Shown: piece by piece, positions 63,298 to 64,000 of the stretch
How positions within the stretch are numbered: position 1 is the first letter of the stretch
Layout: each line of letters opens with the position of its first letter
Source: Bispira polyomma
Taxonomy: Eukaryota
Direction of reading: 5' to 3'
Assembly (NCBI GenBank): GCA_965649765.1
Contig: OZ287754.1
Coordinates: 35,650,001 to 35,714,000, forward strand
DNA: 64,000 nt
Notes under the pieces: model-generated
Databases searched by the model: none
Told to the model about the DNA's origin: nothing
What the model saw: only the letters and a program-made list of their open reading frames with translations
Program-made: the position numbers and the translations under genes

Positions 63298-64000
63298 AGA
63301 CAATCCATGCTGGTTCTAAGATGATAAAACCATGCCAGACATATATTTGTCTATTTGATTGTAGATGTACCACCCTATAAGCTGCCTCCTGGGCATACCA
63401 TGCATTTAGTCCAGGTACTAAACATGCCTCCTCTAATATGTGCATTTTGTTGGTGGCCTATTGCTGTATTCAAGGTTGACCTGAGCTTCACCTTTATTTC
63501 TATTACCAGTTCCTGTAGTTTCAGTGGTTAACAGTATGCACACCAAGCTCTATAGCTACTTTTTAGCAATGAAGGTTTAACTGTCCCTTCCCTGTACATC
63601 CCAGGCTTTTCTGACCGAAGAATAAAATATTTACAAAAGGACATTTGTACTTAACTGACCTTTCAGATCAAATTGTATTCACCAATAAGTGCATTGGCCA
63701 GGTTTTAATTTGTTGTTTGTAAGCTTGTTGCTTTGTTGTCTTTATTTTGCTTCACAATTTCACCACTCTACCAGCTAACCAGGGGTGATATTATTTTTGC
63801 GCTGTTAATTTGCATTTTCTTTTAAAATGGTCTAGTAGCAGTCCAGAAATCCGGGGAGAGTTTTACAAATCACTAGTTTGGGCATCTTCCCCTTTGTCCA
63901 GTAGAATGCTGTTAGAAGCATATTAATTGCTTATATATATATAAATATTAACTATTTTACTTGTCTATGTAAGTTTGCTTTAAATTAGGGACAATATGTA

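Overview
AT-rich eukaryotic (lophotrochozoan-like invertebrate) DNA, mostly nested transposable elements. 1-35 kb is an insertion stack: an L1/Tx1 RT relic; Ngaro-type tyrosine-recombinase (YR) retrotransposons, two with the full split-direct-repeat layout A1-gag-pol-YR-B1-A2-spacer-B2 (3862-10999 on -, 18281-24649 on +); and a full-length I/Nimb-group LINE with a 15-bp TSD inside a Harbinger transposase relic. 37-57 kb holds a host gene the ORF track misses because its exons are tiny: a minus-strand DH31 (calcitonin-family) neuropeptide precursor, assembled here from four phase-compatible coding exons (99 aa). It has two alternative 44-nt terminal exons predicting peptides ending ...ALKQAANWNGP-amide or ...VMKKIADWNGH-amide. 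The Ngaro copies share a retrovirus-like expression signature: a -1 frameshift signal (A AAA AAC plus hairpin) at the gag/pol junction, and a conserved phase-1 splice joining the Gag N-terminus in frame to YR. The rest is L2/Crack LINE 3' fragments, a tRNA-derived SINE, MITEs and minisatellites. Calls were made by eye and family names come from recalled motifs, not database searches.
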